DNA of 63,923 nucleotides, counting the filler, from an uncultured Methanosarcinales archaeon (GTDB lineage: Archaea; Nanobdellota; Nanobdellia; Woesearchaeales; CAZXZL01): assembly GCA_964645415.1 (NCBI GenBank). It is 4 parts of 4 records of this genome, joined end to end, with 100 filler letters (N's around TTAATTAATTAA, not from the genome) between each part and the next. Parts side by side here need not be neighbours in the genome. Positions count along the whole stretch, not along the records: positions 1 to 19,769 come from CAZXZL010000014.1; positions 19,870 to 39,364 come from CAZXZL010000015.1; 2 more parts are not named here. The stretch is one strand, 5' to 3'. Made by a program: the position numbers and the translations under genes. The notes under the pieces were generated by a model, which worked only from the letters and a program-made list of their open reading frames with translations, was not told the DNA's origin and searched no databases. Position 1 is the stretch's first letter. The number at the start of each line of letters is the position of its first letter. Positions 10,673-20,013 of the stretch are shown here, in pieces.

Positions 10673-10755
10673 AAATAAATATTACAAATTTTTCTTAAAA
10701 AGTTTTGTATTTATAGAATAGTGGTTAAAATAAAAAAGAAAAAAAATGAGATGTT

Positions 10756-11343
10756 TTAGTAATAATTCTCATCTCTTGGTTTAAAATATTCTGTTGGATG
10801 TGAACAAGAAGGACATTCATCTATTGGTTTTTTTCCTTCATGGATATATCCACATTTTTGACAGACCCAATAAATTTTTTCATTTTTCTCAAAGAAAGTA
10901 TCATTTTCTATCTCTTCTAATAATGTTTTGTATCTTGATTCATGATAACTTTCTGCTTTTGCAATTGATCTTAATCTTTCTGCAATGTCTTCATAACCTT
11001 CCTCTTCAGCAATTTCTGCAAAATCAGGATACATTTCTGTATGTTCGTGATTTTCACCTTCAATAGCTGCTTTTAAATTTTCTTTTGTATTTCCATGAAT
11101 TGTTGGAGCAGAAGCATCAACATCAATCTCATCCCAATCTTCATCACTATCTTCTTTTAGTTGGTTAATTAATCTAAATAACCATTTTGCATGTTGTCTT
11201 TCATGATCAGCAGTTTCTAAAAAAATCTCACTGATTTGTGGATATCCTTCTTTTTTTGCAATACTAGCATAAATTGTATATCTGTTTCTTGCTTGGCTTT
11301 CACCAATAAAAGCTTTTGTTAAATTTTGTATTGTTTCTTCCAT
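10756..11343 (-). CDS. rbr: Rubrerythrin
   Basis: AFIGESQARNRY, ExxH diiron motifs, C-terminal CQKC..CPSC rubredoxin-like domain; GGTGAT SD before ATG at 11343. Confidence 0.95.
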   Translation of the reverse strand: MEETIQNLTKAFIGESQARNRYTIYASIAKKEGYPQISEIFLETADHERQHAKWLFRLINQLKEDSDEDWDEIDVDASAPTIHGNTKENLKAAIEGENHEHTEMYPDFAEIAEEEGYEDIAERLRSIAKAESYHESRYKTLLEEIENDTFFEKNEKIYWVCQKCGYIHEGKKPIDECPSCSHPTEYFKPRDENYY

Positions 11344-11387
11344 ATATATCACCTAAAATGTTCGACAATTTTATAAATAAGTTTTAA

Positions 11388-11417
11388 TATATAAAGTATA
11401 TGGTTCGATTATCAAAC
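11388..11417 (-). promoter_or_regulatory. Putative Lrp-type operator (GTTTGATAATCGAAC on minus strand) plus TATA box of rubrerythrin; overlaps lrp codons 2-6
   Basis: Site at 11403-11417, 7 nt upstream of TTTATATA (11395-11388, minus strand). Confidence 0.6.
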
Positions 11418-11822
11418 AAAAAAATTATTGATGAATTAGTAAAAAACGGTCGAATTAGTTATGTTGATTTGGCTAAAAAATTTGATGTAAGTGAAACTGC
11501 AATAAGAAAAAGAATAAGTAAATTAGAAGAGAATGATATTATTTTAGGTTATACTGTTGAGATAGATCCTAAGAAATTAGGTTATAATGTTAATGCTTTA
11601 GTAGGATTAGATACTGAACCAGAGGACTATTTTTCAGTTATAGAGAAATTAAAAGATTTTGATGAAATTTTAAAGTTATACTCCTCTAATGGAGATCATA
11701 TGTTAATGATAGAAGCTTGGTTTAAAGATTCTAATGATTTATCTGGATTTGTAAAAAAGTTAAACAATATTTCTGGTGTTAAAAGAGTATGTCCTGCAAA
11801 TATATTAGAAAGATTAATTTAG
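11400..11822 (+). CDS. lrpA: Lrp/AsnC family regulator (archaeal LrpA-like)
   Basis: HTH ISYVDLAKKFDVSETAIRKRISKLEE; C-terminal GDHMLM..W and GVKRVCPA.ILE typical of LrpA. Confidence 0.88.
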   Translation: MVRLSNKKIIDELVKNGRISYVDLAKKFDVSETAIRKRISKLEENDIILGYTVEIDPKKLGYNVNALVGLDTEPEDYFSVIEKLKDFDEILKLYSSNGDHMLMIEAWFKDSNDLSGFVKKLNNISGVKRVCPANILERLI

Positions 11823-11866
11823 ATTTTAATAATCTCATAATTCTTAAAAAAATTATTTTTAAAAAA

Positions 11867-12012
11867 GTATTCGTGTTTAGCTAAAGGAAGTAGAAATCAA
11901 AATCATCTAAAGAAAAAAAGAAATAGAAGCTTATAAAAACAAAAACATAAATAAATAGAATTTAATTGGAACCAACGTGCTATACGAAGTATAGTGCCAT
12001 TCGTTAGAATGG
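11867..12012 (+). repeat. Mosaic intergenic element copy R2
   Basis: 11867-11886 is the exact reverse complement of 63346-63365; caaaatcatctaaa module; hairpins gtgctatac-gaa-gtatagtgc (11977-11997) and ccattc-gtta-gaatgg. Confidence 0.85.
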
Positions 12013-12037
12013 TAACAGCTTTATAAAATTTGAACAA

Positions 12038-15000
12038 TTAAAAATCAGAATCACTTTTACTAAATTTATCTAATATATCTTTTTTCTTTCTTTCAAAATA
12101 TTTCTTTAACCTATACTTTTTAGAAGTTCTTTTTAAGTTCTCATTTTTCTTTTTAAGTTTATTTAATTTTTTTCCTAAATGCTCTTTTTCATCTTTTTTC
12201 AGGATATCATCTAAATCATCTATCTTATAACCTGTTCTTTTAATAACTCTACTAGCTTCATCAAGTTTTCCATCATTAATTAAATGTTTAATCTTTAATA
12301 TTTTAACAAAAATATCAAACTCTTTATTATCATCTTCTTCCTCAGGATTAACTTCTTCCTTTTTAGATTCTTTAGAAGATTCAGATGAGTCATCATCTTT
12401 AGACTTTTCAGTCTTTTTAGAACTATCTTCATTGATTTTTTCAGATTTTTCTTTTCTCTTAGAAGATTCTAAATCTTCTTTTTTAGATTTTTCTTTAATT
12501 AATAATAATTGATTTAAATCAGATATCCTTTTTGATAGATAATTCATTCTATCTTTAGTACTTTCATTTTCATTTTCTTTAATCATATCTAAATAACTAT
12601 CACTCAAATCGATAAGTTTAGAAAATACACTTCTTGCTTCTTTTAAGTTGTCACTTTTAATTAGTTTTTCTAAGTATCTTAATCTCAAATTAAGATCAGA
12701 GAAAGCTTTATTTACTTTAGGGTCTACAACACTACCTGATTTATTGAAAACTAAATAATTATCAGCTAGTTCAAATAAAAAATAAGACCTCTTTTTAAGA
12801 CCCATTAAATACTTATAAGGATTTTCATAAAGATCAGTGATGAAAAAATAAATATTATATAAGAAAAGTGAAAAAAGAGTTAAAAATATTACAAGCATCA
12901 TAGGAACGTAATAACTAAAATATTCCGATTTAAATTGATTTAATATCATACTACTTGTTCCAACAATATTTGTTATATCATCCACTTCTTTCATTTCAGG
13001 TGGACCAAGGAAAGGCTTTGTTAAATTTTCAGGATTTTGTATATGTAAATATAATTCTTCAAAATAAGTAGTATTCTCATTAAGAGTATTATTATAAATT
13101 TGATATTCAATAAGTACTGAATCAGTATAATTTAGATTAGGTAATCTAATTATAGTACCAGAAGAACTAATGTTTTGAATTTCAGTATAATTAAAAGAAT
13201 CATATTTAGAAATAATTTCATCATAAGGAATTAAATCTATTATAAAAAAATCACTTGTTAAATTTTTACAGTTATTACTAACACTTAATTTTACCATATT
13301 TGAACTTTTATTTAACTCTCGATAAGAATTAATACAGTTTAAGTTTTCTTCTGTTTTAGTGAAGTTAATGCTTGTAATATTAATTTCTTCGAGATAATCT
13401 TTTAAATAACTAGAATTATAATTTAAACTTTTAAATGTATTAATCATTGAAGTATAGTTCCATTTTTCAATTAAACTAGGTGGAGGCGGAGAAGAGATTG
13501 GACCAGTAGATTCATCACCACCACCTCCACCTGAAGGAGAAGGATAAGTTTTTTCAGAAATATCAATTATACCATAGCCTGTTCCATTCTCTAAAGAAGT
13601 TGAATTAATCTCAAGATATTGATCATCGGAAGAAGATATTAATTTTGGAGAAAAAGTCATCGATTCATTAGGACTTAAATTATAAATTAAAATAGAATTA
13701 TCTTCTTTCTCCATTTTTTTTATAGGAATAAGTTTTTCATTTTCGAGATATAGATAATTCAAAGTTAAATTACCGGAAGAATTAAAATCAAATATTAACT
13801 CTGATGAATTTGAATTCATAGGTAGACTAAATTTACATTTTTCAAAATTTTCCTGATATGAAATAGAACAATTTAGTTTTTCCGTTTGATTATCCTTTAA
13901 AAGAGAAATTGTCCCATTTTCACTCCCCTCATATTCATAAAAAATATTTAATTCTGAATTATTAACTAAATAATCATAAGTAAAATTAATAAAAAAACTT
14001 GTATCATTTTTCCACATAGAAGTAATATTTTTTGAATGATCCTCTCTAGATAAATTGATATAATTCTCATCAATCTCAGAAAAATTAGAACTATCTAAAA
14101 ATTCTTTTTCTAAAGAAGAATTATAAAATTCAGGTAAGATGATTTCCTCGATTCTTAAATTAGAAGAATTATAAAAATCTAATGTGATATTAGATTGATT
14201 CCGAGGAATAATATTTCGAATACTAAAATCAGTTATGAATTCTTGATTTAAATCTACATCTTTACTTAAAGATTCTATATCTAAAATTTCATTAGAAACG
14301 TTAAAAGAGATATTTTCAGAATAATTTATTCCTTGGTCTGAATAAAAACCAATTGTGAAATTTTTAAAACCACTTATTAAATGTTCAACAGTTAAATTAA
14401 TTACTTTACTTTCATTAGATTTAATATTAAATCCATGATTAGAAACATTATTAAAAATAGTTTTACTATGGTTATTATAATTTTTAATGTAAATATCATT
14501 CAAATCAAAAGGTTTATCATTAGAAATATTAATAGAAACTAAATCAAAATCATACAAATATGATTTTTCTGGATAATCAAAAGAAACAGAGAGATTATTT
14601 TCAACAGTCATAAAAGTTAAATTATGATAAGAAGATCCTCCAAACTCAGATGATGAATTTAATAAAATATTATGAACTTCATCAGTGGTATTTTCAAAGT
14701 TAAATGTTGAATTAAATATATCTTCTCCCTCTAAAAAATCTTTTTCTATACGATCATTAAATATATTAGTATTTTCAGTGGAATTGATAGATGAAAAATT
14801 CAAAGAACTATTAAAAGAAATAGATAAATTTTCTAAATTTGAAGGATGTAAATTTGTAAAATTAATAAAAAGTGATTCGTTATTAAATTCATTTACATAA
14901 CTATTATGTTCTGTTTCAATAATTTCTCCAATATTAGTTACAACTATTTGTTTACTATCTTCAAAACCTAAAACACGACAAAAATTTGAACTTCTACCAC

Positions 15001-17695
15001 CATATGTTAAATTGAGTAAAAAATTGAATTCTCTTGGTTCATCTCCTTCATTTAAGTCATTACCTATCTCTAATTCATGACTTTCAGGTTCAATTAGTTC
15101 TTGATCGGTAATTAACCTAATCTCTCTTTCACCAATAAGAGGATTCTCTTCATCTAAATTTCGTACAGTACAAGTCACATTAAGTTCATCATCCATTTTA
15201 CCAGTTTCATTACTGGTCATAATAATTTCTAACTCTTCAGGGTCATCTGTTGGAACATAATTCTCTTGTAAAGTTGAATAAGCGGATATCATTTTACCTT
15301 GTTCATGAGGGTAATCACAAGTATATTTTTGTGGATAATGTTCAGAATAGATAGGATTACAATATAAATCACCTTCTGGACCTAAATCAAATAATCTAAC
15401 TCCTAAAATATAAAACTCAGGTTCTCTAAAAACACCATAAGCTTTCCAAGCTGATTCTAAAAGAGTATAATAATATTCAAAATCACAATCATTTTCACTA
15501 CAATAATAAAAGGATGAATTTAATCCGTCATATACATAATCACTATGGTCTTCTTCTATGTGTACTGAAACAGAAGTAAGACCTAATAAATCAAAAGGAG
15601 TATTATAATCATTATCAATTAATTCAGAAGAAACTTCATCAATCCAATTTAGATAAAACTTATCACCAGTTTTCTCATATAAATAATTTAAGGAATAAAG
15701 TAGTTTTCCTTGATTTTTTTCACTACAATTAAAATCATTATTAAATAAATTACAATCACTCCATTCTTGATTCAACAATATCTCTGCATCTTTTAATAAA
15801 CGATTATCATTCGTTTTAGAATAAGTTTTTAAGTAACCTAAAGAAAGAGAAGAAGCACGATAAACCCCATCTTTGATAAATTCAAGAAAAGGATCTTCAC
15901 TATAAAGAGAACATTCATAATTATTTAAATTAGGATCACATGTAGAAAACCAAGGATTCAAATCTTGAGAAACAAGATTAGACAATACATCTACAAAAGA
16001 TTCATCAATATTATTCAAATTATTAAGTCCTGACAAATATTGACCTTGCATAAATTCATATCTACAATTAAAACTAGCATCTTCACTAAAAGGAGAACAA
16101 AAGTTATTAGGATTATAATGTCCTATTTCATAAAGAATATCTCTTGCTTGTGATTCTAAATGGACAGATTGTTTAAAATAACCATATTCAGGAAAGTTAA
16201 TATTACCATCAGAAAAATATATTTCTACAAAATTACTTCTATCAAGATAATCTTCAGGGATATCAAAAACACCATCATCATTTAATTCATAACTTTCAAA
16301 TTCATCTTCACCAAAATCTCTTATATTTATTTTAGGTTCATTAATTTCACCAGAAAACTTAATTGAAATGTTAGCATTATTTCTAGGATAAATACCACTA
16401 GATGAAAAATCAAAAAAACCTCTCTCAACATTTTCAATATGATAGGTTAATGAGTTAAAAATTCTAATCTGATAATTTTGAACTTCTGGATTATTACAAG
16501 AATAATTATCTTGATTATGACTACATGAAGATTCAAATTCATTAAATAAATCAAACATCTTACGATATACTTTATATTCAAAAGGATCATCAAACTCTCG
16601 AAAATTAATATAATTAGAAGAGATATAATTTAATGAATCAATTAACATTAATTGTTTTGAAAGGTAATCTCTTTTTTCACAATCAGAACACTCATTAAGT
16701 AATTCTTTTAACATTTTAAAAGAGTCATATAATAAATTTTCTTCAATAAACTTATTTGCCTTAAAAAAACCTCTAACTAATTCAGGATGTGGTTCTTCAA
16801 TAGAAATATAATCAATTAAGCCTTTAACAATATCAAGATAAGATTCATTTAAAGTATTTAAATAAGATTTAGAATAACCTTGAATTAATAATCCAATATC
16901 TTCACTCGTACCACAAGAATAATCACCATCAAATATATCACAAGAACTTGGTCCAGTGTTAGAAAAGTTAATAGCATATTCTTTAATAGTTTTATTTCTA
17001 TTAAATTTATAAGAGTCCCATAATTCTCTTAAAATTATACCTTGTCTCAAAGAACCACTATATTCTCTATTATCACCAATAGAAGAATCATCAGTAATAT
17101 CTCCACAACTGAAATCAGGTGGACTACAAGTTGGATTAACAGTACTATCAGACCAATTTGAATCAATTAATTTTTTTAATTTTTCATCATAGCCTTCAGA
17201 AGGATAAAAATGATTTAATTTAGAAAATCTATTTATTTCATATGCTTGAAAATGTTCATAACCACACTCAAAACTATTATTAAATGGTTCACAATAAACA
17301 CTGTTTGAATCATTTAAAACGTATTTATTTAAATGTTCCAAATAAAAAGACTCATCTCTTACAACATCTATTTTAAAATAACCAAACTTAGGAAAAAAAG
17401 TTTCATTTCCTTTATTGAATCTTAGTTTGTATGTTCCAGGAAGGTCGATATATTCTTCATTAAAAGAAAAGGTTTCATTTGAGCTTATTTCAGAATAAAA
17501 AATATCATAAGAAGGAGAAATTAATTCGGCTTTCAAACTATCAAAATCACCATCAACAATAACACTACCATTAATCTCATTATTAACAGTTATTCTATCA
17601 TTAATTAATGGTGATCTAATAAATGATTCGCTTAAAACATTTGGGGCAAATAGCAAAAATATTGCTATAAAAAATACTACTGTTTTTAAATTCAT
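12038..17695 (-). CDS. Giant (1885 aa) membrane-anchored surface protein
   Basis: Signal peptide, two tandem Cys-rich helical modules, beta-rich region with many N-x-S/T sequons, PSGGGG..PPPP linker, single TM (YYVPMMLVIFLTLFSLFLYNIYFFI), ~260-aa charged tail. Confidence 0.85.
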   Translation of the reverse strand: MNLKTVVFFIAIFLLFAPNVLSESFIRSPLINDRITVNNEINGSVIVDGDFDSLKAELISPSYDIFYSEISSNETFSFNEEYIDLPGTYKLRFNKGNETFFPKFGYFKIDVVRDESFYLEHLNKYVLNDSNSVYCEPFNNSFECGYEHFQAYEINRFSKLNHFYPSEGYDEKLKKLIDSNWSDSTVNPTCSPPDFSCGDITDDSSIGDNREYSGSLRQGIILRELWDSYKFNRNKTIKEYAINFSNTGPSSCDIFDGDYSCGTSEDIGLLIQGYSKSYLNTLNESYLDIVKGLIDYISIEEPHPELVRGFFKANKFIEENLLYDSFKMLKELLNECSDCEKRDYLSKQLMLIDSLNYISSNYINFREFDDPFEYKVYRKMFDLFNEFESSCSHNQDNYSCNNPEVQNYQIRIFNSLTYHIENVERGFFDFSSSGIYPRNNANISIKFSGEINEPKINIRDFGEDEFESYELNDDGVFDIPEDYLDRSNFVEIYFSDGNINFPEYGYFKQSVHLESQARDILYEIGHYNPNNFCSPFSEDASFNCRYEFMQGQYLSGLNNLNNIDESFVDVLSNLVSQDLNPWFSTCDPNLNNYECSLYSEDPFLEFIKDGVYRASSLSLGYLKTYSKTNDNRLLKDAEILLNQEWSDCNLFNNDFNCSEKNQGKLLYSLNYLYEKTGDKFYLNWIDEVSSELIDNDYNTPFDLLGLTSVSVHIEEDHSDYVYDGLNSSFYYCSENDCDFEYYYTLLESAWKAYGVFREPEFYILGVRLFDLGPEGDLYCNPIYSEHYPQKYTCDYPHEQGKMISAYSTLQENYVPTDDPEELEIIMTSNETGKMDDELNVTCTVRNLDEENPLIGEREIRLITDQELIEPESHELEIGNDLNEGDEPREFNFLLNLTYGGRSSNFCRVLGFEDSKQIVVTNIGEIIETEHNSYVNEFNNESLFINFTNLHPSNLENLSISFNSSLNFSSINSTENTNIFNDRIEKDFLEGEDIFNSTFNFENTTDEVHNILLNSSSEFGGSSYHNLTFMTVENNLSVSFDYPEKSYLYDFDLVSINISNDKPFDLNDIYIKNYNNHSKTIFNNVSNHGFNIKSNESKVINLTVEHLISGFKNFTIGFYSDQGINYSENISFNVSNEILDIESLSKDVDLNQEFITDFSIRNIIPRNQSNITLDFYNSSNLRIEEIILPEFYNSSLEKEFLDSSNFSEIDENYINLSREDHSKNITSMWKNDTSFFINFTYDYLVNNSELNIFYEYEGSENGTISLLKDNQTEKLNCSISYQENFEKCKFSLPMNSNSSELIFDFNSSGNLTLNYLYLENEKLIPIKKMEKEDNSILIYNLSPNESMTFSPKLISSSDDQYLEINSTSLENGTGYGIIDISEKTYPSPSGGGGGDESTGPISSPPPPSLIEKWNYTSMINTFKSLNYNSSYLKDYLEEINITSINFTKTEENLNCINSYRELNKSSNMVKLSVSNNCKNLTSDFFIIDLIPYDEIISKYDSFNYTEIQNISSSGTIIRLPNLNYTDSVLIEYQIYNNTLNENTTYFEELYLHIQNPENLTKPFLGPPEMKEVDDITNIVGTSSMILNQFKSEYFSYYVPMMLVIFLTLFSLFLYNIYFFITDLYENPYKYLMGLKKRSYFLFELADNYLVFNKSGSVVDPKVNKAFSDLNLRLRYLEKLIKSDNLKEARSVFSKLIDLSDSYLDMIKENENESTKDRMNYLSKRISDLNQLLLIKEKSKKEDLESSKRKEKSEKINEDSSKKTEKSKDDDSSESSKESKKEEVNPEEEDDNKEFDIFVKILKIKHLINDGKLDEASRVIKRTGYKIDDLDDILKKDEKEHLGKKLNKLKKKNENLKRTSKKYRLKKYFERKKKDILDKFSKSDSDF

Positions 17696-19698
17696 TTTAA
17701 TCCTAATTTTTCTTGAAGGCTCTGAATATAAATTTCGGTCATTTTAAAACGACCTTCTTTTAGTTTATTATTAGCAAGATTATAATCTAACTCTAAATCA
17801 CTAGTATCTTGATTAGAATCTTCTTTAGATTTAATTTCTTCTTTAATAACTTTAAGTTGGGAAGTAAATTTATTATATTTTTCTAAATCTTCTTCACTTA
17901 ATTTATGAGGATTGTGTAAAGGGGGTCTAAAGTGGATGAACCATGGTTTACCATCATTATATTGAGGATTTTGAACCATAGCAACTCCAACACCCTGACG
18001 AGTAATACGTTTTGCATACATCCCACCGTACTTTTCTTCAGCTTTTTTAATATCATTCATATTTTTAGTGTTAAGTTGAACTTCTGTTAAAACATTTCCG
18101 CCAATCTCACCTTTAAAATCACTACTTACCTGACTAGCCATTAATAAACCAATACCCCACTTACGAAATTCTCTAGCTCCTCTAATTAAACCAGCATAAC
18201 CATCACCAGAACAAGAAGAATCTAAGAGACGATGCACCTCATCAAAAACACATAAAAGTTTAAGTTCAGGATCTTCTTCCCAATTTTTTTCAAATATTTT
18301 TTCAATAATTTTAGCAACTGCTTGATCATAATCTTGTATGTTAAGATTAGCAAGGTTAAAAACAGTAATTTCACCAGGATTTAAGTATTCTTCAAAATTG
18401 AGTTCAAAGTTAGCATCTTCTGGAGTAAAAATTAAACCTTTATAACTACGAGCATCTTCTTTTTTTAGATTGAATTTTGGATAATATTTGAAAATATTTT
18501 TATCTTTTAAAGAACTTAAAAAGCCAGTCCATTGACTAGTAGGGTCAAATACAACAACAGGAATCTTCTCATTTAATGCTTCTTCAACAATAATACTAGC
18601 ACTAACAGATTTACCACTACCTGTACTACCAGCAACAAGACCGTGGGTAGTTAAATCACGAGCAGCAAGATAAGCCTTATGCCTTGTACCAGCTAATTTA
18701 CCAACTTCAAGCATTGTTGTATTCATATTTTTATTTGGTAAATCTTTTAGATCAGGAGTAATATATCTTTGTTTTTGTTGTTTATATTTTTTATACTTAT
18801 TATAACCCTTAATAGTTACAATTAAAAGTGGAGAACCTATTAAAAAAATCAAAATTATTCTAAAATAAATAGTATCAAAAAAGCTTTGTGATAAAGTAAA
18901 AACAGAAGTAGACTGATAAACAGTTTCATTTACAATTAAATTTGTAACAAGATTATATCTTCCTAAATTAACCTCACTACCATCCTCTTCATTTAAAAAA
19001 GTCTCTCTATCAAGTGTCTTTTGTCTCATATCTCTAAAACTTGATGTTGCAGTAATGTTATAAGAATCTATATAGAAAACCTCATCAGATTCTAAATGTG
19101 TAGCAAGTAACTCTATTTTTACATTTTCAAAGTCAATAGGAATATAAAAATCAAAACTAAGGAAATAAATTAATTCATCACCTAAGAAGACTTCAGAAGA
19201 GTATATCTCATTTGATAATGATACAGAACGATCTCTTTCAAAAATTATTTCTAAGGAGATAGGTAGCTCAACAGAATCATGTTCTGTTTCGATGTAGATA
19301 CTACCATATAAGTTTTCTTCTTGTAAATCTTCACTTACATTAAATGTAACAGGAAGAAGATGCATACCAGAATTTTCAATTGTTAAATTTTCAGATTCAA
19401 ATTCAACAACAGATTCGAACTCTTCAGAGAAATTTAATCGATAATCAATTGAATGATTTTGATATTGTCTTAGTTCAACAGGTATTGTTACAGAGTGTCC
19501 TCTGATAATATTAAGACTACTTGAGATACTAGCATCAAACCCTTCACAATCCTCAGGACAACTATAATAATCTAAATTATCATAACAAATTCCGTCTCCA
19601 CACTCACCTTCAAAAGAATAAACTGAAATTGAAAAAAAGAATAATGTGAGAACTAAAAAAATAAATACAAAATTCCTTATAAATTTTATATTAACCAT
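17692..19698 (-). CDS. Membrane-anchored HerA/FtsK-superfamily (DUF87-like) ATPase with extracellular domain
   Basis: Signal peptide from MVNIKF (ATG 19698), CGDGIC..CPEDC motif, Ig-like region, TM, then HGLVAGSTGSGKS, VVFDP, VFDEVHRL, REFRKWGIGLLMASQ. Overlaps the start of the next gene. Confidence 0.88.
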   Translation of the reverse strand: MVNIKFIRNFVFIFLVLTLFFFSISVYSFEGECGDGICYDNLDYYSCPEDCEGFDASISSSLNIIRGHSVTIPVELRQYQNHSIDYRLNFSEEFESVVEFESENLTIENSGMHLLPVTFNVSEDLQEENLYGSIYIETEHDSVELPISLEIIFERDRSVSLSNEIYSSEVFLGDELIYFLSFDFYIPIDFENVKIELLATHLESDEVFYIDSYNITATSSFRDMRQKTLDRETFLNEEDGSEVNLGRYNLVTNLIVNETVYQSTSVFTLSQSFFDTIYFRIILIFLIGSPLLIVTIKGYNKYKKYKQQKQRYITPDLKDLPNKNMNTTMLEVGKLAGTRHKAYLAARDLTTHGLVAGSTGSGKSVSASIIVEEALNEKIPVVVFDPTSQWTGFLSSLKDKNIFKYYPKFNLKKEDARSYKGLIFTPEDANFELNFEEYLNPGEITVFNLANLNIQDYDQAVAKIIEKIFEKNWEEDPELKLLCVFDEVHRLLDSSCSGDGYAGLIRGAREFRKWGIGLLMASQVSSDFKGEIGGNVLTEVQLNTKNMNDIKKAEEKYGGMYAKRITRQGVGVAMVQNPQYNDGKPWFIHFRPPLHNPHKLSEEDLEKYNKFTSQLKVIKEEIKSKEDSNQDTSDLELDYNLANNKLKEGRFKMTEIYIQSLQEKLGLK

Positions 19699-19769
19699 TC
19701 TTATTAAGTACTTGTTTAAGTTCATCTATATATATTTCGGTCATCTTGAAACGACCTTCTTTTAATTTA
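19691..19769 (-). CDS. C-terminal fragment of a second, paralogous HerA-like ATPase (cut by gap)
   Basis: Manual translation KLKEGRFKMTEIYIDELKQVLNKNG* versus KLKEGRFKMTEIYIQSLQEKLGLK* of the downstream gene; overlaps that gene's ATG. Confidence 0.8.
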
Positions 19770-19869
19770 NNNNNNNNNNNNNNNNNNNNNNNNNNNNNNN
19801 NNNNNNNNNNNNNTTAATTAATTAANNNNNNNNNNNNNNNNNNNNNNNNNNNNNNNNNNNNNNNNNNNN
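19770..19869. other. Assembly gap with artificial TTAATTAATTAA spacer
   Basis: N-run, 12-mer, N-run, 100 nt total; same design at 39365-39464 and 58708-58807. Confidence 0.95.
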
Positions 19870-19925
19870 TGATAAAAGCTGAGATCAAATCATCTAAAAA
19901 CAAAAAAGAAGAAGTTTATAAAATC
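19870..19925 (+). repeat. Mosaic intergenic element copy R6 (at contig edge)
   Basis: tgataaaagctgagatcaaatcatctaaaaacaaaaaagaagaa is a near-exact reverse complement of 63195-63238. Confidence 0.85.
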
Positions 19926-20013
19926 AAAAATAAAAATAAATAAAATATCATAAAATAATTAATAAAACATTAAGTTTATAAATTTAAACTATTTTTTTAT
20001 TGTAGGTGGTAGT

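Noticed and set aside
11981..11990. TATACGAAGT resembles a loxP arm
   Set aside because: Only 10 bp, no 13-8-13 layout, no recombinase; explained by the triloop hairpin family.
17692..19698. The ATPase as the canonical repair HerA partnering NurA
   Set aside because: It lacks the HAS barrel, has a signal peptide, ectodomain and TM, and is not adjacent to nurA.
19814..19825. TTAATTAATTAA palindrome inside N-runs (also 39409-39420, 58752-58763)
   Set aside because: Identical, centred in 100-nt gaps and stops all six frames: an artificial contig spacer.
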